From the NCBI GenBank assembly GCA_045591035.1, contig JAZNSG010000027.1:20871-84870 (forward strand): a stretch of 64,000 bases of DNA. The letters are read 5' to 3'. Below the pieces are notes generated by a model that was not told the DNA's origin, ran no database searches, and worked only from the letters and a program-made list of their open reading frames with translations. The DNA comes from Clostridia bacterium. GTDB taxonomy: Bacteria > Bacillota > Clostridia > Monoglobales > Monoglobaceae. The position numbers were made by a program, and so were the translations under genes. This document shows, in pieces, positions 1-9,351 of the stretch. Numbering within the stretch: position 1 is the stretch's first letter; every line of letters starts with the position of its first letter.

Positions 1-670
1 ACTCAAGCTCCATCTGTTCAAATTCACGGGTTCTGAAAGTGAAGTTCCCGGGGGTAATTTCATTTCTGAAAGATTTTCCAATCTGACCTATACCAAAAGG
101 AACTTTTTTTCTGGCTGTACGCTGAACATTTTTGAAGTTAACAAAAATACCCTGAGCAGTCTCAGGTCTGAGGAAGTTTTCGCTTGTACTGTCCTCGGTT
201 ACACCCTGGAAGGTCTTGAACATAAGATTAAACTTTCTTATATCGGTAAAATTATGCTTTCCGCAATTGGGGCACTTAATTTGCTTTTCTTTGATAAACT
301 CAAGCATTTTCTCGTCGGACCAGCCATCAGCAGAAACTCCACCCTCATCTTCAATGAGCTTGTCCGCTCTGAAACGAGCCTTACATTCCTTACAGTCCAT
401 AAGCGGGTCAGAAAATCCGCCCACGTGACCTGATGCAACCCAGGTCTGTGGATTCATAAGGATAGCTGCATCAAGGCCTACGTTATACGGAGACTCCTGA
501 ATAAACTTTTTCCACCAGGCACGTTTAACATTGTTTTTGAGTTCAACACCCAAGGGACCATAATCCCATGTATTTGCCAGACCCCCATAAATTTCAGAGC
601 CCGAATACACGAAGCCTCTGCCTTTGCAAAGTGCAACGATTTTTTCCATTGTCTTTTCTGTATTTTTCAT
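1..670 (-). CDS. glyQS: glycine--tRNA ligase (GlyQS type), N-terminal ~223 codons; gene continues past window start
   Basis: Own translation of minus strand from ATG at 670: [105 protein letters not shown]..., a typical GlyQS N-terminus. The frame is open to position 1; it is absent from the ORF track because it runs off the edge. Confidence 0.9.
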   Translation of the reverse strand, partial: MKNTEKTMEKIVALCKGRGFVYSGSEIYGGLANTWDYGPLGVELKNNVKRAWWKKFIQESPYNVGLDAAILMNPQTWVASGHVGGFSDPLMDCKECKARFRADKLIEDEGGVSADGWSDEKMLEFIKEKQIKCPNCGKHNFTDIRKFNLMFKTFQGVTEDSTSENFLRPETAQGIFVNFKNVQRTARKKVPFGIGQIGKSFRNEITPGNFTFRTREFEQMELE

Positions 671-792
671 AATTTACACACAGTCCTTCCCTGCCATAAA
701 ATATTCCCTCAAATCAGATGAGGATTTTTATTTTAAAATACAGCATCTCATTTATTGATGCTTTTCTAACTGTATAAAAATATACGTAATAT

Positions 793-821
793 ATTATACC
801 TTATTTTTACATCAAACGCAA
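793..821 (-). promoter_or_regulatory. putative sigma-A promoter of glyQS (TTGCGT-17-TATAAT)
   Basis: Minus strand reads TTGCGT, a 17-nt spacer, then TATAAT about 120 nt upstream of the glyQS ATG. Confidence 0.4.
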
Positions 822-933
822 GTATATTTTATAAATAATTGTTTATTTTTTGTGCACCGCAAAGATATTTTTGTTTGATTCAGAAAACTGTAAAGACCTG
901 AAAAAGACACAATACTGCAAACTACCCTTTGAA

Positions 934-962
934 TTGACTTTTCTTTCCGGAAAATATATAAT
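934..962 (+). promoter_or_regulatory. putative sigma-A promoter of the comEC-like gene (TTGACT-17-TATAAT)
   Basis: TTGACT at 934-939, 17-nt spacer, TATAAT at 957-962, about 45 nt upstream of the ATG at 1007. Confidence 0.45.
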
Positions 963-1006
963 ATTCGGTGTTGTATTTTGAAAATCAGAAAAAAGGAGGG
1001 AGAATT

Positions 1007-2647
1007 ATGTTCAAATCAGATTACGCCATAACCACGAAGCATACCCTTGTTCATCTTGTATGTGCTTTTTTGTTTGGGGTACTGTTTTCCATAGTTCTCC
1101 CCGAAAATGACTTGAAAATTGTTGCCGTTATTTTTGCAGTTGTTTTTGTTCTGCTTTCCGTTTTTAACATTATATCAAAATTTATATTATCCGGCAGATA
1201 TTATAAGAAAAAGCTTGTTGTTCTTCCTTGCTTTCTTGTACTTTTTGTTTTGCTTGGCATATTCAGAACTTCATATTTTGAAAACTCACAAAACATCGTT
1301 CTCCGAAGTTATGAAGACAAGGAAGCATGGCTCTCGGGAAGGGTTGTTTCCGAATCAGTTCTCACATCTTCAGGCTATTACTATACCTTTGAAGTGGAAG
1401 TGACTTCAGTGAACGATAATCAAGATGCCACGGGGAAAATTGTAATGTACTCGCCGGCAGTTTACGGCAACCAGGTGAATTTCGGCAATGAAATTTATGC
1501 CTGGACAAAGTTTTCTGCTCCAAAAGACATCGAAAACAAATCTATCTTTAACTATACAAATCACCTCAAGAGCAAAAATATATTTCTCATCGGCAGAGCT
1601 GACAATATTCACCCCACAAACATTGACGGTTCCCGTCATCCAATATCCATGCTGAAAAATGTTGGCATAAAAATCCGCAAATCCTTAACCAAAAATATTA
1701 ACCATATATTTCCCAAAGACAAGGAAATTAACGCTATTTTAAAAGGCATACTCTTAGGGGACAAAACAGATTTTACAGATGAAATGTATGAAAAATTCTC
1801 TAAATCCGGAATCTCCCATGTTGTGGCAGTCTCGGGGCTTCATTTAAGTATGCTTGCAGGTCTGCTCCTTTTTGTTTTCAGACATCTTGGTTTCAGACAA
1901 AGCACCGCTCTTATTTTAACCTTTCCCGTTATACTGCTTTTTACCTCTGTTACCTCATTTACCCCATCGGTTTGTCGTGCCGCAATAATGCTCTCGGTTG
2001 CAATTTTAGCACTACTTTTCAATAACGATTATGACTCAATGACCGCACTTTTTCTGGCATTAGGGATAATTGTTGCTGTCTCTCCCTTTTCAATACTCTC
2101 GGTCAGCCTCATTCTTTCGTTTTCTGCAACTTTTGGCATTCTGGCATTCGGCAAGCATTTTATTTGTATATTTTCCTATGTTATTCCAAAATTCAAGGAA
2201 CCCATAGGTTTTTTCGAAAAGTTAACCAACAAATCCATCAACGCCGTCTTATCTGCGTTGTCCCTTTCCATATCTGCTTTTATTCCTACACTGGGCTTTA
2301 TTGTCTTTTTCTTCAAGAGTGTTTCCCTTATTCAGTTTTTTACAAATCTTTGGGTGATTTTTGCAGTAACCTTTGTTTTTTGCCTTGGATATATTGCATG
2401 TATCCTTTATTTCTTTTCTCCAATCTTGACATTCTTTCTTTTGCGTCCACCTTTGGAGTTTTTCTTAAACATCATACGAAACACTGTAACAACCTTTGGT
2501 CAAAACAAATATACTCTTCAAGTCCCCGATGAAAAACTTAACATTTTGCTGTTGGTGACCTACATCCTTTCCGCACTCGCTATTTACTTGACAACAAAAG
2601 CATTATATGACCACATAACCGAAAAAGAGCTCTCAGACGAAAGTTAA
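1007..2647 (+). CDS. ComEC/Rec2-family competence membrane protein (no C-terminal metallo-beta-lactamase domain)
   Basis: Polytopic membrane protein with the ISHVVAVSGLHLSMLAGLL motif typical of the ComEC competence domain. Start moved to ATG 1007, which is preceded by AAAGGAGGG. Confidence 0.75.
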   Translation: MFKSDYAITTKHTLVHLVCAFLFGVLFSIVLPENDLKIVAVIFAVVFVLLSVFNIISKFILSGRYYKKKLVVLPCFLVLFVLLGIFRTSYFENSQNIVLRSYEDKEAWLSGRVVSESVLTSSGYYYTFEVEVTSVNDNQDATGKIVMYSPAVYGNQVNFGNEIYAWTKFSAPKDIENKSIFNYTNHLKSKNIFLIGRADNIHPTNIDGSRHPISMLKNVGIKIRKSLTKNINHIFPKDKEINAILKGILLGDKTDFTDEMYEKFSKSGISHVVAVSGLHLSMLAGLLLFVFRHLGFRQSTALILTFPVILLFTSVTSFTPSVCRAAIMLSVAILALLFNNDYDSMTALFLALGIIVAVSPFSILSVSLILSFSATFGILAFGKHFICIFSYVIPKFKEPIGFFEKLTNKSINAVLSALSLSISAFIPTLGFIVFFFKSVSLIQFFTNLWVIFAVTFVFCLGYIACILYFFSPILTFFLLRPPLEFFLNIIRNTVTTFGQNKYTLQVPDEKLNILLLVTYILSALAIYLTTKALYDHITEKELSDES

Positions 2648-2686
2648 AAAGACTGGTTGAAACAAAATTTGTTTTAACCAGTCTTT
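2648..2686. terminator. bidirectional rho-independent terminator between convergent comEC-like and murD
   Basis: AAAGACTGGTT...AACCAGTCTTT long hairpin, flanked by an A-run on one side and a T-run on the other. Confidence 0.6.
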
Positions 2687-2695
2687 GTTTATATT

Positions 2696-4057
2696 TTAAA
2701 ATTCATTAACTATCTTCTTAAAAGTGTTCCCTCGTTCCTCAAAGTTCTTAAACAAATCAAAGCTTGCACACGCGGGTGAAAGAATTACTATATCTCCATT
2801 TTCTGCACAGCTTCTTGCTCGTTCAACGGCTGCCCTGAAGCAATTCTCACGATAAATCGGAAGTCCGTTAAAGTTTGAAGCATCTTTCACGGATTTTTCA
2901 ATCTTTTCAGAGGTAACACCAACCAGCACAAGAGCCTTTGTCTTTTCGTTTACAACCTTTCCAAACTCATCAAAAGGAATCTTTTTATCATATCCACCGG
3001 CAATCAAAATCACTTTTTGCTTAAAGGATGAAAGACCGGCAGTTGTACGTGCGGGACTACTTGCGATAGAATCGTTATAATATTTAACGCCGTCAAGTTC
3101 CCGCACAAGTTCAATTCTGTGGGCAACACCGCCAAAGCTTTTTGCTACTTTTTTTATGGTATCAACCGACACATAATCCCAAACAGCAGCCAACGCCGCC
3201 ATATAGTTTTCCACATTATGCATTCCCGGAATTTTAATATCGTGAATACTCATTATCTCTGTTTCGCCGTAATATATTTTCTCATTTTCAAGATGCACAA
3301 GAGCGGACCCTTCAGAAGAGAAGGAACGGCTTTCGCCCTTTGCAGTCTTGCCCATTTCACGGGTAATCTCATTTGAAGAATTTGTCACCAGGATATCCGT
3401 TTCGGACTGATAATCAAAAATAGCCCGTTTTGAGTCTATGTATTCCCCGAAATCCTTGTGCCAATCAAGATGATTAGGTGTAACATTTGTAACAACAGCT
3501 ATATGAGGGCTTGGTTTCATAGAGAAAAGCTGAAAACTTGAGAGTTCCAAAACAGCTTTATCTGTTGGCTTAATATTCTCTAATTCAGAAACAAGCGGTT
3601 TGCCTATGTTGCCACCTATATGGCACACATAACCCTGTGCTTTTAACAGTTCACCTATAAGCGTAGTGGTGGTTGTTTTTCCGTCACTGCCTGTTACTGC
3701 AATGATTTCACAAGGGCAAAGCCTGAAAAAGAGCTCCATTTCAGAGGTAACTTCTATCCCGCATTCTCTTGCCTGGATAAGTTCCGGGACATCTCCGCGA
3801 AGACCCGGGGTTTTGAATATTACTTTTGTTCCCTGGGGAATATTTTTAAGATATTCTTCTCCCAGCACAAACTCTACCCCGGCAGCCTTAAGTTCATCAT
3901 AAACCTTCCCAAGGCTCTCCGCATCCTTTTTATCGTGTGCCGTCACAACCGCACCATTTTTGAGCAAAAATTTTATGAGGGGAACATTACTCACTCCCAC
4001 ACCTATTACAGATATTTTTTCATTTTTTATTGAAGCTTTATACTCGGTTAATGTCAT
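2696..4057 (-). CDS. murD: UDP-N-acetylmuramoylalanine--D-glutamate ligase
   Basis: 453 aa; N-terminal Rossmann motif ISVIGVGVSN, Mur ligase P-loop GSDGKTTTTTLIGELL, and a MurD-like C-terminus. Confidence 0.9.
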   Translation of the reverse strand: MTLTEYKASIKNEKISVIGVGVSNVPLIKFLLKNGAVVTAHDKKDAESLGKVYDELKAAGVEFVLGEEYLKNIPQGTKVIFKTPGLRGDVPELIQARECGIEVTSEMELFFRLCPCEIIAVTGSDGKTTTTTLIGELLKAQGYVCHIGGNIGKPLVSELENIKPTDKAVLELSSFQLFSMKPSPHIAVVTNVTPNHLDWHKDFGEYIDSKRAIFDYQSETDILVTNSSNEITREMGKTAKGESRSFSSEGSALVHLENEKIYYGETEIMSIHDIKIPGMHNVENYMAALAAVWDYVSVDTIKKVAKSFGGVAHRIELVRELDGVKYYNDSIASSPARTTAGLSSFKQKVILIAGGYDKKIPFDEFGKVVNEKTKALVLVGVTSEKIEKSVKDASNFNGLPIYRENCFRAAVERARSCAENGDIVILSPACASFDLFKNFEERGNTFKKIVNEF

Positions 4058-4194
4058 TGGATTTTCCTGCCTTTCTTAAAGACTTTTCAAAAAACTCCTG
4101 ACTTTTCAGGGGATTTTTGAAAAAACTTTTAAATGTTAAATGGGAGGGCACATAGGCCCTCCCCTATATAATATCTTATGAATATTATATTTAA

Positions 4195-6465
4195 CTATTC
4201 AGCGTCGAGAATGTCACCCAATGTAAAGGAACCTTCTTCTGTGTATGACTCGTCTGCGGGTTCTTCTTCAACCTTTTCAGTTTCTGCAACATAATCAGGA
4301 AGGAGTACCTTTCTCGAAAGACCAATCTGCTTTGTGTCATGGTTGATTTCAACAACCTTAACTTCAACCTCATCACCAATATTAAGAGCATCAGATGGTT
4401 TATCTATTCTGGTGTTTGCAATCTGAGAAATGTGAATCAAACCATCAACAAAAGGAGCAACTTCAGCAAATGCACCAAAGGGAAGGATGCGAACAACCTT
4501 ACACTTTATTGTGTCACCAACATTAAGGTCCTTTGTAGCCTGATACCAGGGGCTGTCTTCTTCCTTCTTGTGACCCAAAGAAATCTTCTTTGTTTCGTCG
4601 TTAATATCCTTGATATAAACTTCGATTTCATCACCCTCGTTTATAACCTCGGAAGGATGCTTGATTCTCTTCCATGAAAGCTCAGAAATATGAACAAGAC
4701 CGTCTACGCCGCCCAAATCAACAAATGCGCCAAAGGGCATAATTGACTTAACAATACCCTTATATGATTTGCCAACTTCAGCACCTGCCCAGAAAGCAGC
4801 CTCTTTAACTTCCTTAAGCTCTTTAACAAGAGAAATTCTGTTCTTTTCCTTGTTCATTTCTTCGATATATACTTCAATAGTGTCACCAACCTTAACCACT
4901 TCAGACGGATGTCCGATGCGAACATTTGAAAGCTCTGAAATGCGAATAAGACCATCAACGCCGCCCAAGTCAACGAATGCACCGAAATCTGTCAAAGATT
5001 TAACTGTACCTGTGTACTTTTTCTTAAGTTCAGCACTTGCCCAGAACTCTTCAGCCAATTTAGCTCTCTGTTCTTTAGCAACAGCCTTTATAGAACCTAC
5101 TATTCTAAGTCTTCCACGTCTGTCCTGGTCCATCTTAATAATCTTGAATGAAACCTCTGTATTGAGAAGTGCACCCAAATCTTCAACATATCTTTCTGCA
5201 GCTTCGGATGCAGGGATAAACACTCTTACACCCTTAGCAATGGTAACTACGCCGCCTTTGATAATCTCAACAATTCTGCCGTTTAAAACAGTGTTGTTTT
5301 CAAAGTCTGCACGAAGTTCCTGCAAACCCTTGTCTGCATCAATCTTCTTCTTGGAGAGAGTAACAACGCCGTCACGGTCTGAAACATGAATAACAAACAC
5401 ATCCACTTCATCGCCGATACTTACCAAATCCTTAAGTTCAGCCGATGCATCATTTGTCATTTCGTTGAAAGGAATAACGCCGTCGTACTTGCCGTCAATG
5501 TCTACCTGGACCTCTGTAGGGGTGATACCGATAACTACACCTTTAACAATGTTTCCTGTTGTTAAGGGCTTTAAAGTTTCTTCGAGCGCCTCTGCAAAGT
5601 TCATTTCATTTGTAATTTCCGCCATGGTTAATTTTGCCTCCTTGATTACCTTATCCGGAGTGGATGCTCCGGCGGTAATGCCTACTTTTTTTATATTATT
5701 ATTTTTAAATAAATGGACAAGTCCATCTAATTCTTTTTCGTTTTCAAGTTTGAAACTGTTTTCACAAACCTCACGACATATTTCATAAAGCTTTTCTGTG
5801 TTTGAACTGTCTTTCCCTCCAAACACCAGCATAACGTCACATTCCTCAGCTAGTTTTTTTGCCGCAAGTTGTCTTTCTTCAGTTGCACTACATATTGTAT
5901 CAAAAAATTTCGCATTTGTAAAATACTTTTTTAAAATTTTTTCAAATTTTTTTGATTTTTCTTGTCTTAAAGTGGTTTGCGTCACCATACTGATAGGAGT
6001 TTGCGGCGAATCCTGCAAAAGTTTGTCACAATCTTCATCACTGCCCAGAATATAAGCCGAGTCATCACACCAGCCATTTATCCCCTTTACCTCAGGATGA
6101 TTTTTGTCACCGGCTATTACTATCTGTCTGCCCTGAGAATGCTCCTCGTGGACAATTTTGTGAATCCTTTTCACAAAAGGACATGTAGCATCAATAACAT
6201 CACAGTTTTTTGTTATCAGATGTTCATATTCTTTTTGAGAAATTCCATGCGCCCTGATAATTACAGTACTGTTCTTTGGAATATCATCAAGAGATTCCGC
6301 ACACTTAACATTCAGTTTCTCAAGCTCTGCTATCACATCACAATTATGAATAAGCTTACCATAGGTGTATATATTCTCTTTTTTCCGTGCAGTATCATAA
6401 GCAATTTTGACTGCACGGTCAACGCCAAAACAAAATCCTGCTTTTTCGGCAATTTTAATTTCCAT
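4195..6465 (-). CDS. ispH: bifunctional 4-hydroxy-3-methylbut-2-enyl diphosphate reductase / ribosomal protein S1
   Basis: 756 aa; the N-terminal ~280 aa are IspH/LytB-like (MEIKIAEKAGFCFGVDRAV...). The C-terminal ~470 aa contain four S1 repeats (GxVxxxxxFGAFVDLGGVDGLxHISE). Confidence 0.9.
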   Translation of the reverse strand: MEIKIAEKAGFCFGVDRAVKIAYDTARKKENIYTYGKLIHNCDVIAELEKLNVKCAESLDDIPKNSTVIIRAHGISQKEYEHLITKNCDVIDATCPFVKRIHKIVHEEHSQGRQIVIAGDKNHPEVKGINGWCDDSAYILGSDEDCDKLLQDSPQTPISMVTQTTLRQEKSKKFEKILKKYFTNAKFFDTICSATEERQLAAKKLAEECDVMLVFGGKDSSNTEKLYEICREVCENSFKLENEKELDGLVHLFKNNNIKKVGITAGASTPDKVIKEAKLTMAEITNEMNFAEALEETLKPLTTGNIVKGVVIGITPTEVQVDIDGKYDGVIPFNEMTNDASAELKDLVSIGDEVDVFVIHVSDRDGVVTLSKKKIDADKGLQELRADFENNTVLNGRIVEIIKGGVVTIAKGVRVFIPASEAAERYVEDLGALLNTEVSFKIIKMDQDRRGRLRIVGSIKAVAKEQRAKLAEEFWASAELKKKYTGTVKSLTDFGAFVDLGGVDGLIRISELSNVRIGHPSEVVKVGDTIEVYIEEMNKEKNRISLVKELKEVKEAAFWAGAEVGKSYKGIVKSIMPFGAFVDLGGVDGLVHISELSWKRIKHPSEVINEGDEIEVYIKDINDETKKISLGHKKEEDSPWYQATKDLNVGDTIKCKVVRILPFGAFAEVAPFVDGLIHISQIANTRIDKPSDALNIGDEVEVKVVEINHDTKQIGLSRKVLLPDYVAETEKVEEEPADESYTEEGSFTLGDILDAE

Positions 6466-7054
6466 ACGTTTTTGCTCCTGCGAGTTCTGCTATTTTAGTC
6501 ATAAGAACTCCATTTGTAAGCCCCTGCAAATCTTCAGCAGTCAGGCGTTTACCCTTGTATTCTGTCAAATCTATGTAGTTTCCTATTCTGACTTTTATGC
6601 CCTTTCTGAATTTATAGGCTGTTTCTATACCAATTGGCAATATTCCTGCCCCGGCTTTAGCAGCAATCATCACCGCTCCACTCTTTCCCTCGCCCAAAAC
6701 ACCTCTTGTTCTGACTCTGGTGCCCTCGGGAAAAATCACCAGATTTTTTCCGTCCTTAAGGAGATTCATAGCCGTCCTGACAGCACCGATATCTCCGCTT
6801 CTGGTAACAGGGAACGCTCCGAAAGCCCTGATTACCTGAGAAACCACCGGCACCTTAAAAAGTGATGCCTTTGCCATATATGTCATATCTACCGGCAAAA
6901 AAGCTGCGATAAGTGGCGGGTCAAAGTTGCTCATATGGTTTGGAGCAACAAGAAAATTTTGATTTTGAGGGATGTTTTCTGTCCCCAAAATCTCAATTTT
7001 GCCAAAAACCAATTTATAAAAACCCCTGACAACCGCTAAAACAAACTTCTTCAT
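6455..7054 (-). CDS. plsC: 1-acyl-sn-glycerol-3-phosphate acyltransferase
   Basis: 199 aa with the acyltransferase motifs NHMSNFDPP and FPEGTR. Overlaps the ispH-S1 start by 11 nt. Confidence 0.8.
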   Translation of the reverse strand: MKKFVLAVVRGFYKLVFGKIEILGTENIPQNQNFLVAPNHMSNFDPPLIAAFLPVDMTYMAKASLFKVPVVSQVIRAFGAFPVTRSGDIGAVRTAMNLLKDGKNLVIFPEGTRVRTRGVLGEGKSGAVMIAAKAGAGILPIGIETAYKFRKGIKVRIGNYIDLTEYKGKRLTAEDLQGLTNGVLMTKIAELAGAKTYGN

Positions 7055-7056
7055 CT

Positions 7057-7731
7057 TTATTTCTTCCCTTTTCTTATCAAATCCAAAATAATTTCTACTG
7101 ATTCTTCAAGGCTATTTCCCGTAGTATCAACAAGTATGGAATCTTCAGCCGGTTTAAGAGGAGCAATTTCACGCTGGGAATCGTTTTTGTCACGATACTC
7201 CATATCCGCCTTTACCTCATCAAAAGTACACTCAACGCCCTTTTCCTGAAGCTCACGGTATCTTCTCATGGCACGTTCATCAACAGATGCTGTCAGAAAA
7301 ATTTTAAGCTGGGCATCGGGAAGTACAACCGTTCCGATATCTCTGCCATCCATTATCACATCATTCTTTTCAGCAATGCTACGCTGAAGGTCAAGGAGTT
7401 TGGTCCTTACCGCTCCGATTCGTGACACATTCGAAGCAGCAACCGACATTTCAGGGAGTCGGATTTCTTCGGATACATCCTCGCCATTCAAAAATACCGA
7501 CTGTCCCTTTTCTGAATGGGCAATGTCTACATTCACCGATGGCAGAAGCTTCACAACACCCTTTATATCCTTGTCGTGGTCAATCCCCGCACGGACTGCC
7601 GCAAGACCGACAGCACGATAAAGAGCCCCTGTATCAATATACACAAACTTCATTTTTTTTGCTGCAAGTTTTGCAATAGTACTTTTCCCGGCCCCTGCAG
7701 GACCATCTATGGCTATCTTAAATGTAGACAT
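7057..7731 (-). CDS. cmk: cytidylate kinase
   Basis: 224 aa; IAIDGPAGAGKST P-loop and DTGALYR motif; classic cmk-(plsC)-rpsA neighbourhood. Confidence 0.92.
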   Translation of the reverse strand: MSTFKIAIDGPAGAGKSTIAKLAAKKMKFVYIDTGALYRAVGLAAVRAGIDHDKDIKGVVKLLPSVNVDIAHSEKGQSVFLNGEDVSEEIRLPEMSVAASNVSRIGAVRTKLLDLQRSIAEKNDVIMDGRDIGTVVLPDAQLKIFLTASVDERAMRRYRELQEKGVECTFDEVKADMEYRDKNDSQREIAPLKPAEDSILVDTTGNSLEESVEIILDLIRKGKK

Positions 7732-7753
7732 AAAATACCTCTCTCTAATAAAG

Positions 7754-8026
7754 TTATTTTTCTAATTCGTTTTTAAGCTCATTTATTTTTTCATTCAGGC
7801 TATCAATTGCACGACATTTTTCCTCGATATACTCAGAGACATTTCTGTCTTCTTTGTAACCTGCATAAACCTCATATCCCAACTCTTTGCAATGCTTCTC
7901 AATTTCATTTTTCAAATCAAAAATGGAATACTTAACCTTTGAATCACTAACAATCTCACCTGTCTTTTTGGCAACAACATTAAATGTATTTTCGGCTGCC
8001 TTTTTAAGATTTTCTACAAACTTCAT
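7754..8026 (-). CDS. small coiled-coil hypothetical protein (~90 aa)
   Basis: ORF track frame 7754..8101. Start moved to ATG 8026 (MKFVENLKK...), which is preceded by GGAGAT plus an 8-nt spacer. No family recognised. Confidence 0.45.
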   Translation of the reverse strand: MKFVENLKKAAENTFNVVAKKTGEIVSDSKVKYSIFDLKNEIEKHCKELGYEVYAGYKEDRNVSEYIEEKCRAIDSLNEKINELKNELEK

Positions 8027-8093
8027 ATAAAATATCTCCATTCTGTCTGCTAAATATACTTTATCATTTTGCAGCAGACTTGCAAAATTATTT

Positions 8094-9191
8094 TTAAACA
8101 TTAAATCTAAAAAGAATTATATCCCCATCCTGAACAACATATTCCTTGCCCTCGCTTCTTACAAGGCCTTTTTCCTTTGCAGCGTTCATGCTGCCGTTTT
8201 CCATAAGAGCCGTATACGCAACAACCTCGGCACGAATAAAGCCCCTTTCAAAATCCGTATGTATCTTACCCGCCGCCTGAGGTGCTTTCATTCCTTTTGT
8301 AATGGTCCAGGCTCTTACCTCCGGCTTCCCTGCTGTGAGATAGCTAATAAGACCAAGAAGCTTGTAACTTGCCTTAATAAGCTTATCAAGTCCTGATTCG
8401 GTTGCTCCAAGCTCTTCGAGGAACATCTGTTTTTCGTCTTTGTCAAGCTCCGCAATCTCCTCTTCAATCCTGGCAGAAACAACCATTACTTCAGACTTTT
8501 CACTTGCAGCAAAATCCGCAATTTTTTTAACATATTGATTCTCATCAAAAGGCTTTGCATAATCAACCTCTGCCACATTTGCAGCGTATATGACAGGCTT
8601 AAGACTAAGCAATGATACTTCTTTGAGCATTTCCTTTTCTTCATCGGTAAAGTCAAGTGCTCTGGCAGAAACACCCTTTTCCAGTTTTTCACACAAACCT
8701 TCAAGGAAATCAATTTCAACCTGAAACTTTTTATCCCCGCCTTTGAGCTGTTTTTTAAGTCTGTCGATTCTTCTTGCTATAATTTCAAGGTCAGAGAAGA
8801 TAAGTTCGAAGTTTATGGTTTCAATATCACGTATAGGGTCAATATTTCCCTCCACGTGAACAATATTCGTATCCTCGAAAGCACGTACCACGTGAACAAT
8901 GGCGTCTACCTCGCGGATATTCGACAAAAATTTGTTTCCAAGGCCCTCGCCCTTACTTGCACCTTTTACGAGTCCGGCGATATCAACAAACTCAATAACC
9001 GCAGGGGTAACCTTGTCAGGCTCATACATTTCAGCCAATCTGTCAAGGCGTTCATCGGGCACAGCAACCGTTCCCACATTTGGCTCTATCGTACAAAACG
9101 GATAGTTCGCCGATTCTGCCCCTGCCTGAGTAATCGCATTAAATAAGGTACTTTTCCCAACATTTGGAAGTCCCACAATACCTAGTTTCAT
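8094..9191 (-). CDS. ychF: redox-regulated ATPase YchF (Obg-family)
   Basis: MKLGIVGLPNVGKSTLFNAIT... plus a C-terminal TGS-like GKEYVVQDGDIILFRFNV. ATG 9191 lies 10 nt after AAGGAGA; the track start 9200 is a TTG. Confidence 0.92.
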   Translation of the reverse strand: MKLGIVGLPNVGKSTLFNAITQAGAESANYPFCTIEPNVGTVAVPDERLDRLAEMYEPDKVTPAVIEFVDIAGLVKGASKGEGLGNKFLSNIREVDAIVHVVRAFEDTNIVHVEGNIDPIRDIETINFELIFSDLEIIARRIDRLKKQLKGGDKKFQVEIDFLEGLCEKLEKGVSARALDFTDEEKEMLKEVSLLSLKPVIYAANVAEVDYAKPFDENQYVKKIADFAASEKSEVMVVSARIEEEIAELDKDEKQMFLEELGATESGLDKLIKASYKLLGLISYLTAGKPEVRAWTITKGMKAPQAAGKIHTDFERGFIRAEVVAYTALMENGSMNAAKEKGLVRSEGKEYVVQDGDIILFRFNV

Positions 9192-9351
9192 ATTTTTCAA
9201 ATCTCCTTTATCTTTCGCGTTTATGGATTATTTTTTCAAGCCCACTCCCACAAGTAAATATCTGTAATATGTTATATTTACAAAACTCCTAATATAACAT
9301 ATTCAGTATACCACAATATACCTGATTTAGCAATAGCAATATAAAAATATT

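Noticed and set aside
671-967. A T-box leader upstream of glyQS, which would be expected in many Firmicutes.
   Set aside because: The predicted promoter leaves only about 120 nt of leader. I could not find the conserved T-box 14-mer (…GGTGGTACCGCG-like), a specifier loop with GGC, or a terminator/antiterminator pair. Only a small AGCATC/GATGCT hairpin is present.
9266-9303. A 12-bp perfect inverted repeat (AATATGTTATAT-N14-ATATAACATATT) between malQ and ychF, considered as a terminator.
   Set aside because: The stem is almost entirely A-T, with a single G-C pair, and there is no following U-tract on the minus strand. It could be an operator, but nothing else supports a call.
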